From an uncultured Actinomycetes bacterium (GTDB lineage: Bacteria; Actinomycetota; UBA4738; HRBIN12): a stretch of DNA of 64,000 nt. Positions 10,321 through 20,911 of the stretch are shown piece after piece. The stretch covers positions 97,068 through 161,067 of the forward strand of contig CAWHGC010000012.1 of NCBI GenBank assembly GCA_963828885.1. The letters run 5' to 3'. The notes below the pieces were generated by a model. That model was not told the origin of the DNA. It saw only the letters and a list, made by a program, of their open reading frames with translations, and did no database searches. Made by a program: the position numbers and the translations under genes. Position 1 is the stretch's first letter, and every line of letters begins with the position of its first letter.

Positions 10321-10757
10321 TCAGCGGCACCAGAGCCGCAGGTCGACGAGGTGCTCCTCGTAGTGGAGCGGGCCCGACTCCTCGAACCACTCGACGGCCG
10401 GCGGCGTGATCTCCGGCATCGTGCCGAACTCGACGCACCATGCGCGTGCGCGCGGCGGCGAACTCGGCCTTCACGATCCGCAGCTCCATCGTGCGCGACA
10501 GCTCGAACCACTCGCGGTTCTGGCGCTCCACGTCCTCGTGCGGCTCCTCCCACGTCCCCATGCGCATCCGCTCGAGCTGCACGCCGCAGTCGGCCGCCCA
10601 GGCCCCGATGTGGAAGAGCACGTCCTTCACGGACCAGCCGTCGGGCGTGAGACCCGGGCCGCTCCATCTCCTCGTCGGTCAGGCGCTCGAGCTCGACGCG
10701 CAGTTCGTGCCACGCCGCCTCCTCGGCGTCGAGCAGCGCCTCCGCGTCGACCGTCAC
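10321..10757 (-). CDS. DinB-family protein, read through two apparent +1 insertions
   Basis: MTVDAEALLDAEEAAWHELRVELERLTDEEMERPG (ORF 10131..10757) continues as LTPDGWSVKDVLFHIGAWAADC...AEFAAARTR (ORF 10277..10630). It then continues as WCVEFGTMPEITPPAVEWFEESGPLHYEEHLVDLRLWCR with a stop at 10321. Shifts are near 10655 (the cccggg run) and 10441. Confidence 0.55.
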
Positions 10758-12001
10758 CGCTCCTCGCTCTGCGCGCGCGTCTCTGGCAGGAACTCGAAGG
10801 CCTTGTCGGCGATCAGGACCTCGTCGCCCCGGCGCGCGCCGGCGGCCGCGAGCTGACGCTCGACGCCCTCGCGCACGAGCCGCCGCTGCAGCTGCAGCAC
10901 GGTGTCCTCGTCCTCGAGGTCGGCCTCCAGGACCCAGCGTTCGACCTCGCGTCCGGTGACGCGGAACCCGCGGCCCTCGCGGCTGACCGTGAACCGGGGG
11001 CGGCCGGGCCGCAGCACCACGTGCGGCCGCCGCTCGGGCGCCGCAGCGGCCGCCCGCTCCGCCAGCAGGCCGAGCCGCGAGGCCAGCTCCTCGGTCCCCT
11101 CGCCCGTCATCCCGGAGACGACGAGCCAGCCGGGCTCCGGCGGCTCCGGATCGTCGACCAGGTCGGCCTTCGTGCCGACCACGATGGCCGGGCGGGCCGC
11201 GAGGTCCTCGTCGTAGGCGGCGAGCTCCCTGCGGAGGACCTCGAGGTCGGCGACCGGATCGGGCGAGGACAGGTCCACGACCAGCACGAGCGCGCGGCAG
11301 CGCACGACGTGGCGCAGGAACCGGTGCCCGAGCCCGCGTCCCTCGCTGGCGCCCTCGATCAGACCCGGGATGTCGGCGACGACGAAGCGGTCGTCGTCAC
11401 CGCCGGTCACGCCGAGGTTCGGAGTGAGCGTGGTGAAGGGGTAGTTCGCGATCTTCGGCTTCGCGGCGGTCAGGCGTGCGAGCAGCGTGGACTTGCCGGC
11501 GTTCGGCAGACCCACGAGGCCGACGTCGGCGACCGTGTGCAGCTCGACGCGCAGCCGGCGCTCGTCGCCGCGCTCGCCGGCCTCGGCGGTGCGCGGCACC
11601 CGGTCGCGGGCGCTCGAGAGCGAGACGTTCCCGCGCCCGCCCCGGCCGCCCCTGGCCACGACCGCGCGCGAGCCCTCGCCCACGAGGTCGGCCAGCAGCC
11701 CCTGGTCGTCGAGGACGACGGTGCCGTCGGGCACCGTGATGACGAGGTCCTTGCCGGCGGCGCCGTCGCGCTTCGCCTTCTGGCCGCCGACCCCGTCGGC
11801 CGCCGCCTGGTGCGGATGGTCGGCGAGCCAGGACAGGTCCCGGGCACGGCGCGAGACCTCGAAGACCACCGAGCCGCCGGGCCCGCCGTTGCCGCCGTCG
11901 GGCCCGCCGAGGGGCTTGTACGGCTCGCTGTGCAGGGTCGCGGCCCCGTTGCCGCCCCGGCCCCCCTTCACGAACACGGTGGTCTCGTCGACGAACGCCA
12001 T
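10754..12001 (-). CDS. obg: GTPase Obg/CgtA
   Basis: The sequence begins MAFVDETTVFVKGGRGGNGAATLHSEPYKPLGGPDGGNGG. The G1 motif GLPNAGKST is present. The 415-aa ORF is intact. Confidence 0.95.
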   Translation of the reverse strand: MAFVDETTVFVKGGRGGNGAATLHSEPYKPLGGPDGGNGGPGGSVVFEVSRRARDLSWLADHPHQAAADGVGGQKAKRDGAAGKDLVITVPDGTVVLDDQGLLADLVGEGSRAVVARGGRGGRGNVSLSSARDRVPRTAEAGERGDERRLRVELHTVADVGLVGLPNAGKSTLLARLTAAKPKIANYPFTTLTPNLGVTGGDDDRFVVADIPGLIEGASEGRGLGHRFLRHVVRCRALVLVVDLSSPDPVADLEVLRRELAAYDEDLAARPAIVVGTKADLVDDPEPPEPGWLVVSGMTGEGTEELASRLGLLAERAAAAAPERRPHVVLRPGRPRFTVSREGRGFRVTGREVERWVLEADLEDEDTVLQLQRRLVREGVERQLAAAGARRGDEVLIADKAFEFLPETRAQSEER

Positions 12002-12042
12002 CCATGCAGACTAGGTGGTCGAGGGCGGACAGACCCGGCAAG

Positions 12043-12522
12043 ATGACCGTCATGCCCCGACCCACGAAGGTCTGGATGGTCGCCCTGGAGCGCGCGCCGG
12101 TCGTCGAGATCGTCGGCGAGCTGCGGCTGGACGAGCACGGCCTGCTGTTCACACCCCGCGACGAGGAGACCCCCGCCACCCGCCTGCGCTTCGACACGGT
12201 GGCGAAGATCACGCGCCTGCGGGGCTCACCGGTCGTCATGGTCACGCACGCCGACGGCACCGGCGCGAGGACGAAGACGGCCTTCTACTTCACCCAGCCG
12301 CCGTCGCTCGCGCACATCGTGAAGTCCCGGACGCCGGAGCCGGCCGTCACCGACCTGCACGCGATGACCCGGCCCTCGCCGTTCGGTCTGGGACAGCGCA
12401 AGCCCTCGAAGCGCAAGTCGCTGCGGGCGAACGCCGCCTATCTCACCCAGGAGGGCACGAGCCGCAAGGCCGAGCTGCAGGCGTGGGTGGACGAGGTGCG
12501 CGAGGGGCTGCGGAGCGGCTAG
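12043..12522 (+). CDS. Hypothetical conserved protein (about 159 aa)
   Basis: ORF 12004..12522, with an ATG at 12043 ([13 protein letters not shown]...). The composition looks protein-like. No motif recognised. Confidence 0.4.
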   Translation: MTVMPRPTKVWMVALERAPVVEIVGELRLDEHGLLFTPRDEETPATRLRFDTVAKITRLRGSPVVMVTHADGTGARTKTAFYFTQPPSLAHIVKSRTPEPAVTDLHAMTRPSPFGLGQRKPSKRKSLRANAAYLTQEGTSRKAELQAWVDEVREGLRSG

Positions 12523-12773
12523 GACTCGCCGTCGACGGAGGCGTACTTGCGCCCCCGCGACTCGTGGAACCGGACGGTGCCGGAGCGCAGGGCGAACAGC
12601 GTGTCGTCGCCGCCCTTGCCGACGCCCTCGCCGGGGTGGATCCGCGTGCCGCGCTGGCGCACGATGATGGAGCCCGCGGGGATGTCCTGCCCGCCGAAGG
12701 CCTTCACGCCGAGCCGCTTGGCGTTGCTGTCGCGGCCGTTCCGGGACGAGCCGCCGCCCTTCTTGTGTGCCAT
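12519..12773 (-). CDS. rpmA: 50S ribosomal protein L27
   Basis: [29 protein letters not shown]... Confidence 0.97.
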   Translation of the reverse strand: MAHKKGGGSSRNGRDSNAKRLGVKAFGGQDIPAGSIIVRQRGTRIHPGEGVGKGGDDTLFALRSGTVRFHESRGRKYASVDGES

Positions 12774-12830
12774 AAGGCCCCCAGGCTACCAACCAGGCCG
12801 GCCGGGCGCCCAGGCCCGGCCGTCGCGGGA

Positions 12831-13202
12831 TCACTCCGAGGCCGCCTCGGCGGGCTCCTCGGCCTTCGCGGCCTTCTTCGCCGGCGCCCGCTTCGCGCCG
12901 AGCTTGATCTCGCCGACCTCCAGGAGCGTGTACATCTGGCGGTGGCCGGTCTTCTTCGAGTACCCGGTCTTGGGCCGGAACTTGTAGACCTTGACCTTGT
13001 CGCCCTTCTGCTCCCCGAGGGGCGTGGCCGTCACGGTCGCCTTCGCGGCCTCCTGGCCCACGTGCGTCGTGCCCTCGTCGTCGACGACGAGGATCGGCTG
13101 GAAGGTGACGGCCTTGCCGTCGTGGACCAGCTTCTCGACCTCGATCACGTCGCCGGCCTTCACCTTGTACTGCTTGCCGCCGGTCTTGATCACCGCATAC
13201 AT
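12831..13202 (-). CDS. rplU: 50S ribosomal protein L21 (with a Lys/Ala-rich C-terminal tail)
   Basis: The ATG at 13202 gives MYAVIKTGGKQYKVKAGDVIEVEKL. Confidence 0.95.
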   Translation of the reverse strand: MYAVIKTGGKQYKVKAGDVIEVEKLVHDGKAVTFQPILVVDDEGTTHVGQEAAKATVTATPLGEQKGDKVKVYKFRPKTGYSKKTGHRQMYTLLEVGEIKLGAKRAPAKKAAKAEEPAEAASE

Positions 13203-13216
13203 CGCTGCCTCCAGCC

Positions 13217-15653
13217 TCACGCCTCGTAGTTCAGGATGATGCCCCGGCCCTCGCAGGTGGGGCAGGTCTCGGAGAAGGATTCAACCAGACCGCCGGACAC
13301 GCGCTTGCGGGTGACCTGCATCAGGCCGAGCGGTCCGATCTCGAAGATCTGCGACCGCGTCTTGTCGATGGCGAGGGCCTCCTGCATGGTGTCCTCGACT
13401 TCCTTCTTGTTCTTGTCGAGCAGCATGTCGATGAAGTCGATCACGATGATGCCGCCGATGTCGCGCAGCCGGAGCTGGCGGGCGGCCTCGCGTGCGGCCT
13501 CGATGTTCGTGTTCTTCACCGTCTCCTCGAGGTTCGTCTTGCCGACGCTCTTGCCGGTGTTGACGTCGATGATCGTCATGGCCTCGGTGCGCTCGATGAT
13601 GAGGTAGCCGCCCGAGGGCAGCCACACCTTGCGGTCCAGGGCCTTGTGGATCTGCTCGACGACGTGGTGCTCCTCGAAGGCCGGCAGCTTGCCCGTGTGC
13701 AGCGAGATCTTCGGCTTGAGGTCCGGCGCGACGTCGTCGACGTACTCCATCACCTTGTCGTAGACCCGCTGCGAGTCGGTGACGAGGCCGCGGAACTCCT
13801 CGTCGACGAACAGGTCGCGCACGACGCGAACGGTGAGCTCCGGCTCCTCGTACAGCTCGGCCGGCGCCTTCGCCTTCTTCGCCTTCTTCTGGATCTCGTC
13901 CCACGCCCGCACGAGGCGGTCGAGGTCGGCGGCGAACGCCTCCTCCGGCGCGCCCTCGGCCGCCGTGCGGACGATGACGCCGTGATGCTCGGGCCGGATC
14001 TTCTTCAGGATCGCCTTCAGACGCTTGCGCTCGTCGTCGTTCAGGCGGCGGCTGATGCCGGACACGTCCTGGTCGGGCGCGAGCACGAGGTAGCGGCCGG
14101 GCATCGAGACCTGCGCGGTGAGGCGCGCGCCCTTGCCGCCCATCGGGTCCTTCGTGACCTGGACCATCACGGCCTGGCCGGACTTCAGGACGTTCTCGAT
14201 GCGCGGCGCCGGGCCCTCGAGGTCCTCGGGCGAGTAGTTGACCTCGCCGGCGTACAGGACGCCGTTGCGGCCCCGCCCGATGTCGATGAACGCCGCCTCC
14301 ATGCCGGGCAGCACGTTCTGCACGCGCCCGAGGTACACGTTGCCGACCATCGACTTCGCACCCGAGCGGGTGACGTAGTGCTGCACGAGGTCGCGCCCCT
14401 CGAGGATCGCGATCTGGTCGCGCTCGCCGTGCTCGGTGATGACCATGAGCTTGTCGGTGACGCGCGGCGGGATCGGGATCTGCTCGCGGCGGCGGCCGCG
14501 CGCGGTGCGGGTGCCCGAGTCGCGGCCGCCTCCGGTGCGGCTTCGGGAGCTGCGCAGGCGGGTGGGCCCGCCGGCGGCGACGTCGGCCTCGCGCGATCGC
14601 GTGGTCCGGCGGCTGCGCGGCTCGGCCTTGGTGCCGTCGGCCTTCGTGTCGGGCTTCGCCTTGGGCTCGGCCTTGCGTTCTGGGCTTCGGCTTCGCCGTG
14701 GACTTGGCCGCGGGCTTGGACCCGTCGGCGGCGGCGGACCGGCGCCGGGGCTCGGCCTTCGGCTCGTCGGTGGACGCGCGCGGCACCGCCCCGAGTGCGG
14801 GTCCGGGTCCGGGGCTTCGCCGGCTCGTCCTCCCAGTCTCTTGGCCGGTCTCTTGGCCGGTCTCTGGCCGCCTTCGGGCGGGCCGCTCGCTGCGGGCGAG
14901 GTCGTGCCGCCCGAGCGCCGGCGGCGGGCCGGGGCGGGCGTGGAGGTCTCGTCGGGGGTGGCGTCGTCGCGCTGGCTCTGCACCGAGTCGCCCTGCGGGG
15001 CGTCCTCGTCGACGAGCGTCACGTCGTCGCCGGCGGTGCCGGCGGGTCGGGAGGCGCCTCCCCTGCCCCGGCCGCGGCCGCCGCGCCGGCGGCGTCGCCG
15101 GGCGGAGCTGGTGGTGGTGCCGGTGGTGTCGTCGCCGGTGGTCTCACCCTCGCTGCGATCCGCCGTCGCCGGCGGTGTTCGCCGGCGAGTCGTCGGTCGC
15201 GGGGCGCCGGGTGCGGGGTCTGGTGCTGGGGCCGTTCGGTCGTGGTCTCGTCCGAGTCCTCGGGTGCCGCCGGCCTCGGGCGGGGCTGCCGCGGCGCCCG
15301 CGGCGGGCGCGGTGCCCGCTCGGGGGCCTCGGTCGTCTCCGGTCGCCTCGGGCGCCTCCGTGGACGAACCGGCTCGCGGCCTCGGGGCCGGGCGCTCGCG
15401 GGGGACGGGCCGCTCGCGCGGGATCTCCCGCTCCGGTGCGGTCACCCGTCGGTGACCGGTTCGGCGACGGGTGCCGTCGCCGTTGCGGTCGAGGCCGTCG
15501 TTCGCTGCCGTCGCTGTCCCGGGCGGGCGCCCGGTCGCGGGATCGGCTTCCCGCGGCGAAGCTCGCTCGAGCCAGCGCCGCGGGGTCGTCGGCGGGGATG
15601 TCCCCACCGGTTGGTTCGGTCGCGGTGGGTGCCGCGACGTCGTCGTTGCTCAT
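13217..15653 (-). CDS. rne: Ribonuclease E/G with a roughly 390-aa Arg/Pro-rich disordered N-terminal extension. The frame in the N-terminal low-complexity part is uncertain.
   Basis: The catalytic part is intact: S1 domain GNVYLGRVQNVLPGMEAAFIDIGRGRNGVLY, and ...DIGGIIVIDFIDM... An ATG at 15653 is preceded by AAGGGAG (MSNDDVAAPTATEP...). It is one frame off ORF 13217..15607, which implies one or more extra bases around 15600. Confidence 0.8.
14836..14870. repeat. 12-bp tandem repeat (gtctcttggccg x2.9) inside rne, encoding RPAKRPAKR
   Basis: Read directly: gtctcttggccg gtctcttggccg gtctctggccg. Confidence 0.8.
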
Positions 15654-16106
15654 CCGTACTCCCTTCGCATGGTCGCGCGGGAGAGCAGGCAGGGACAGGA
15701 GGACTCCGGATCGCGGTGCGAACCCGATGAGGGTTCGGTGGTACCGGTGCGCGCCCGGGCTGGGAGCTTGCGGTCCCTGCGCCGGGCCGCGCGCGAGATC
15801 GCGCACCCGAAACGTCCTTGTCCGGCGCCTGCGTTCCCTCGGTCCTCGGCTCGCCGCAGGAGTTCCGCGGGGCCGGCCGGACGAGGTTCGCGCGCCTTGT
15901 CGGTCTCTCGCCTCGGCGGTGCCGGGCGAGCAGGTCTGGACCAAGGATAGCAGCCGCCCAGCCTCGGATCCGCAGGCGGGCCGATCGGGCGCCGGAAAGA
16001 TGGTTAGCCACAAAGGACTACGCGGGTCTGGGGTTGCTCCCCCGTGACGAACCGGCCCCTCTCCCGATAGCCATCCATCCCCCCAGGTCACCAGACTGGG
16101 CGGACC
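15654..16106. promoter_or_regulatory. 453-bp divergent control region. It probably holds a long rne 5' leader and the promoter of the REC-kinase gene.
   Basis: There is no credible ORF here. It lies between the rne start (15653, minus strand) and 16107 (plus strand). I could not define specific promoter elements. Confidence 0.3.
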
Positions 16107-17279
16107 ATGACTCGAGGGACTTCCCCCCCGGCTCGCCAGGCTCTCACCGACGCGCCGCCGGTGAAGGTGTTGGTCGTCGACGACAACCCCGGCTTCCGGG
16201 AGACGCTGGTGACGCTGCTCGACACCGGCGACCTCGAGGTGGTCGGGCAGGCGAGCTCCGGCGCGGAGGCCCTGGACCTCGTGGCCCTGCTCGAGCCCGA
16301 CGTCGTGCTGATGGACCTGCGCATGCCGAAGATGGACGGCATCACGGCCACCCGCCACCTGAAGGAGCGCTTCCCCGAGATCGGCGTCGTCGCCCTCACC
16401 GGCATGGAGGATCAGCACGCCGTCCGCGACATGCTGGTGGCGGGCGCGTCGGGGTACGTGCTGAAGGACTCCGACGGCGACGCGATCCTCAACGCCGTCA
16501 TGCAGGCGGCGGCCGGCGGCGGCCTGATCTCGCCCGAGGTCACGCCCTCGGTCATCGAGGAGCTGACCGCCGCCCTGAACCGCGAGCGGCGCCGCGCGCA
16601 CGAGCTCGAGGAGGCCCAGGAGGCGCTGATCGAACGGGCCGCCCGCCGCCACGAGCTGATCTCGCGGCTCGGCCACGAGCTGCGGACGCCCGTCACCGTC
16701 ATCCTCGGCATGGCGCAGACCCTGAATCGCTACGAGACGAACCCGGAGGAGCGCCGCGAGATGCTCGACCGGCTCGCCGCGCGGGCCGGCGACCTCGCGA
16801 AGCTGATCGAACGGCTGGAGGCCGCCGTCGAGTCCGGCCTCACCGAGTGGGCCGACGTGACGGCCGTCGCGCGCGAGGTCGCGATGGCCTACGACCACGT
16901 GCGCATCGACGCGCCGCGCGGGCCGTCGATGGCGTCCCTGAACCGCGTGGCGGCCCGCCGGATCCTCGAGGAGCTGATGGACAACGCCCTCGCGTTCTCG
17001 CCCGAGGGCGAGGAGGTCCTGATCTCGATCCGGAACGAGGCGGACTGGACCGAGGTGCGCGTGATCGACCACGGGCCCGGCATCGACCCGGACCTGTCGC
17101 AGCGCATCTTCGATCCGCTCGAACAGGCGGAGTCGCTCAACAGCCGCACGCACCAGGGCGTGGGGCTCGGCCTCACGATCGCGCGGATGTCGGCGCGGGC
17201 GATGGACGGCGACGTGACCCTCGAGCACCCGGGGCCGGGCAGCACGATCTTCCTGTGGCGTCTGGCGCCGGCCGGCTGA
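16107..17279 (+). CDS. Hybrid response-regulator/histidine kinase (REC-HisKA-HATPase_c, no TM or sensor domain)
   Basis: The N-terminal receiver is KVLVVDDNPGF...VVLMDLRMPKMDG. The H-box is LGHELRTPVT. The G-boxes are DHGPGID and GVGLGL. Confidence 0.85.
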   Translation: MTRGTSPPARQALTDAPPVKVLVVDDNPGFRETLVTLLDTGDLEVVGQASSGAEALDLVALLEPDVVLMDLRMPKMDGITATRHLKERFPEIGVVALTGMEDQHAVRDMLVAGASGYVLKDSDGDAILNAVMQAAAGGGLISPEVTPSVIEELTAALNRERRRAHELEEAQEALIERAARRHELISRLGHELRTPVTVILGMAQTLNRYETNPEERREMLDRLAARAGDLAKLIERLEAAVESGLTEWADVTAVAREVAMAYDHVRIDAPRGPSMASLNRVAARRILEELMDNALAFSPEGEEVLISIRNEADWTEVRVIDHGPGIDPDLSQRIFDPLEQAESLNSRTHQGVGLGLTIARMSARAMDGDVTLEHPGPGSTIFLWRLAPAG

Positions 17280-17304
17280 GCGCTCCTCGATCCGAGCCCG
17301 CCCG

Positions 17305-18447
17305 CTACGTGAAGCGCCGCATGTGGATGTTCAGCAGCAGCCCGACGGCGATGAAGTTCGCCAGCATCGAGCTGCCGCCGTAGCTGAGGAACGGGAGCGG
17401 GATGCCGGTGATCGGCATGATGCCGATCACCATCCCCACGTTCACGAACATCTGGATCGCGAACATCGCCGCGATGCCGGCGGCCAGGTAGGTGCCGAAC
17501 GCGTCCTTCGACAGGAACGAGATGCGGATCGCCCGCCACATCAGGATCGCGAACAGCGCGAGGATGAAGGCGGCGCCGACGAAGCCGAACTCCTCCCCCG
17601 CCACCGTGAAGATGAAGTCCGTGTGCTGCTCCGGCACGAAGTCCAGGTTCGTGAGCCGCCCGTTCAGGTACCCCTGCCCCACCAGACCGCCCGAGCCGAT
17701 CGCGATCTCCGCCTGGTTGCGGTTGTAGTTGGCGCCCTGCAGTGTCGTTGTTCGAATCGAGGAACGCGCATCAGACGGTCGCAGCTGGTAGTCCTTGATG
17801 ATCTCCATCTGGAAGGCGCCGAACAGCAGCACGATCGAGGCGAGGGCGAGGATCGCCAGGTGCTTGGCCCGCGTGCCGGCGACGACGAGGATGCCGACCA
17901 CGATGGCGACGAGCACGATCGTCGTGCCGATGTCGGGCTGGATGAACACGAGGCCCATCGGCACCAGGCCGATCAGCGTCACGCGCAGCACGTCGGTCAG
18001 GGTGGGCTCGGCGGTCCGGATCTCCGACAGCACGGCGGCGACCATGATGGCCAGCGCGATCTTCGCGAACTCCGACGGCGTGAGCTGGAAGCCGCCGAAC
18101 GTGAACCAGCGCTGCGCGCCGGCCGGGCTCGCGCCGAGCGGCGTGCGCACCAGCACCAGTGCGACGACGGTGGCCGCGTAGATGAAGCCCGCGTACACCT
18201 TGTAGAAGCGGTAGTCGAACGCGGCGACGACGATCAGCATCACGAAGCCCAGCACCAGCGCCGTGAACTGCTTCTTCACGAAGGTGCCCGGATCCAGGTG
18301 CAGCGTCCGCAGCGACTGGTTCGTGGCCGAGTACACGAGGAACAGGCCGGCGACGGCGAGCAGCATCGTCGTCACCAGCAGCACCGGATCGAGGTGCCGG
18401 ATCGGCCGGCGTTCGTCCGCCCACACGCGCCCCGCGACGAGGTCCAT
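17305..18447 (-). CDS. rodA: Rod-shape determining SEDS protein RodA (FtsW/RodA/SpoVE family)
   Basis: This is the C-terminal 381 codons of ORF 17305..19719, starting at the ATG at 18447 (MDLVAGRVWADERRPIRHLDP...). It contains ...AIGSGGLVGQGYLNG...PEQHTDFIF...GIPLPFLSYGGSS. Its ATG overlaps the pbp2 stop by 1 nt. See the finding on a hidden triple insertion at 17734-17781. Confidence 0.9.
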   Translation of the reverse strand: MDLVAGRVWADERRPIRHLDPVLLVTTMLLAVAGLFLVYSATNQSLRTLHLDPGTFVKKQFTALVLGFVMLIVVAAFDYRFYKVYAGFIYAATVVALVLVRTPLGASPAGAQRWFTFGGFQLTPSEFAKIALAIMVAAVLSEIRTAEPTLTDVLRVTLIGLVPMGLVFIQPDIGTTIVLVAIVVGILVVAGTRAKHLAILALASIVLLFGAFQMEIIKDYQLRPSDARSSIRTTTLQGANYNRNQAEIAIGSGGLVGQGYLNGRLTNLDFVPEQHTDFIFTVAGEEFGFVGAAFILALFAILMWRAIRISFLSKDAFGTYLAAGIAAMFAIQMFVNVGMVIGIMPITGIPLPFLSYGGSSMLANFIAVGLLLNIHMRRFT

Positions 18448-20405
18448 CAGTCCGTCGCCACCGTCCCGGCCGCGCCGGTCCTGCCCAGCTTGTACATGTC
18501 CTCGATGATCGACCGCACGATCGGCGCCGCCGTCGTGGAGCCGTGACCGCCCTGCTCCACCATGGCGACGATCACGTGCTGGTCGCCGGGCGGGCCGACG
18601 ATGGCGGCGAACCACGAGGTGTCCTGGCTCTGGGTCTGACCGGCGACGGTCGTGAACCCGGGCCGCTCGGCCGTGCCGGTCTTGCCCATCACCGGCACCT
18701 GCGAGAGCGGGAACCCGGCGAACGCCGCCGAGGCCGTGCCGCTCCCCGGCGCCACCACCCGGCGCAGGCCCTCCTGGATCGAGATCGATCTCCTGCTGCG
18801 TGTACGGCAGGTCGCGGCAGTTCGACCCGATCTTGTGGACGCGCTTGCCGTCGGAGGTCTGGATCTGCTCGGCCAGGTGGGGCTCGCACAGCCGGCCGCC
18901 GTTCGCGATGGCGGAGTACGCCGTCGCCATCTGCATCGGGCTCGTCAGCACGTAGCCCTGTCCGATCGACATGAGGATGTCGTCGCCCGGCAGCCACCCG
19001 TACGGGAAGTTCTTCGGGTCCTGCTTGGACTGCTGCTCCTTCCACGCCGCGGTGGGGATGAACCCGGCCGACTGGCTCGGGACGTCGAGGCCGGGCTGGC
19101 GACCGAAGCCGAACCCCCGCAGGTCGTGCTGCAGGGGCTCGGAGCCGGCGCCCAGCTGGTTCGACCGCCAGCGGTCGTAGAACTCGCCGCCCCACTGGTA
19201 GAAGACGGTGTCGCACGAGACCTGGAGGGCTTCGGGGATCGACATGAAGCCCTGGTCGTACGTGGACCAGTTGTTGAACGGGTGGTCCGGGTCCAGTCGG
19301 TACGCCCACTGCGCGGGGCAGTCGGTCGCGGAGCCCGGAGAGACCACGCCGTTCTTGAGCGCGGCGAGCGCGATGAACGGCTTGAACGTCGACCCCGGCG
19401 CGTACACGCCCTGGGTCGCCCGGTCGAAGAGCGGGTCGCCCGAGGACGGGTTGCGGAACCGCTGCTTGTACTCCTTGGTCGTCATGCCCTTCACGAACTG
19501 GGTCGGGTCGTAGGTGGGCCACGAGGCCGAGGCCTCCACGCCGCCCGTCTTCGGATCCATCACGACGACGGCACCGGCGTTGGCGACGAAGTTCGTCACG
19601 GCGTTCGTGGGGTCCTCGTCGTTGAGCGACCGCGCGCGCTCGATGCCGGCCAGCAGGTCCCGCTCCACGATGCGCTGGGTCTTCGTGTTGAGGTAGAGCT
19701 TCACGTCGTCGCCCGGCACGGGGAGCTGGCCGCCGAGCTCGTCGAGGAGCGTGCCGGCCGGGTCGACGACGATCTTGTTCGTGCCCGGCGTGCCGTGCAG
19801 GAAGCGCTCGTAGGTCTTCTCCAGGCCCGGTCTTGCCGACGGTGTCGTCGACGCCGTAGTCCGCGTACGCCGGGTCCTTCACCTCGTCGGAGGTGATCAG
19901 CCCCACCGTGCCGAGCACGTGCGCGGCCAGCGGGCCGTCGGGGTATCGACGCGACCGACTGCTGTCCCCACCCGACGCCGGGGAAGAGCTTCGGGTGCTC
20001 GGCGATGTAGAAGATCTTGTCCTCGCTCACGTCGACGGCGACCGGGATCCGCTGGTAGTCGTAGTAGTCCGGATCGTCCATCTTCCTGACGATGTCCTTC
20101 TCCGGCACACCCAGGTGCTGGGCGAGCCGGAACAGGACGGCCTCGGGGTCGCTGCCCAGGAGCTGCTGCTGCACCGTCACGACGCGGCTCTCGCGGTTGT
20201 CGACGAGCGGGTTGCCGTTCGAGTCGAGGATCCGGCCGCGCTCCGGCTCCACCTGGAGCCACCGGAAGCTCGTGTTGTTCGCGATCTTCACGTAGGTCTG
20301 CGAGGCCAGCACCTGCAGGTACCACAGGCGCGTGGTGAGGGCCGCGAACATCAGGGTCACCAGGAGCGCCAGGATCTTCAGCCGCGAGGATGCCTTCTCG
20401 GTCAG
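18447..20405 (-). CDS. mrdA: Penicillin-binding protein 2 (elongasome transpeptidase), split over four frames by three apparent +1 insertions. The start codon is unresolved.
   Basis: The N-terminus is EKASSRLKILALLVTLMFAALTTRLWYLQV... (tail of ORF 19701..21854). It continues as RYPDGPLAAHVLGTVGLITSDEV...GKTG (ORF 18689..19918). Next comes LEKTYERFLHG...APGSTFKPF (the SxxK motif; ORF 17305..19719). Finally IQEGLRRVVAPGSGTA...MGKTGTAE (the KTG motif; ORF 18447..18758). Shifts are near 19950, 19826 and 18780. No ATG, GTG or TTG is found near 20405. Confidence 0.8.
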
Positions 20406-20911
20406 AACCTCACCACCCGTCGCGGGCGCGACCCCTCGAACACCCGCCGCAGCAGCGGATACACGATCGGGGTGAGCAGCGCCGTGTACAGCGCGGAGAA
20501 CAGCGCCATCCGCAGGAAGAAGACCGCGTCGGGGTGCAGCGTGTTCAACAGCACCGCGACGGTCTCGTAGAACACGACGCCGACGAAGGTGCCGGCGAAC
20601 ACCATCATCGTGGGCAGGAGCGGCGACGGCGACACGATGTACTGGCGCGCGAGGCCCACCGTGTACCCGAGCAGCGTGAGCGTGAGCGCGGTGATCCCCT
20701 TCGGCTGGTTCAGCAGGAAGTCCTGCATCATGCCGCCGACGAAGCCGACGACGGCGCCCTCCGACGGGCCCTCGAGGATCGCGAGCACGATGACGACGAG
20801 GTACATCAGCTCCGGCCTCGCGCCCAGCAGGCGCACCTCCGCGAAGATCGTCGACTGCAGCAGGAGCGCCGTGATCAGGATCGCCGCGATCGCGAGCGTG
20901 CGGCGCACCAC
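20402..20911 (-). CDS. mreD: Rod shape-determining protein MreD
   Basis: A 169-aa polytopic membrane ORF lying between mreC and pbp2. Its GTG start immediately follows the inferred mreC TAA stop. Confidence 0.8.
   Translation of the reverse strand: MVRRTLAIAAILITALLLQSTIFAEVRLLGARPELMYLVVIVLAILEGPSEGAVVGFVGGMMQDFLLNQPKGITALTLTLLGYTVGLARQYIVSPSPLLPTMMVFAGTFVGVVFYETVAVLLNTLHPDAVFFLRMALFSALYTALLTPIVYPLLRRVFEGSRPRRVVRF

Noticed and set aside
18447-20405. pbp2, and other split genes (tig, fabF, fabG, mreC), as genuine pseudogenes or programmed frameshift sites.
   Set aside because: Too many essential or highly conserved genes are affected. The shifts are almost uniformly one extra base, several sit beside same-base runs, and no slippery-heptamer or stimulatory structure pattern recurs. 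A technical artefact is the simpler explanation.
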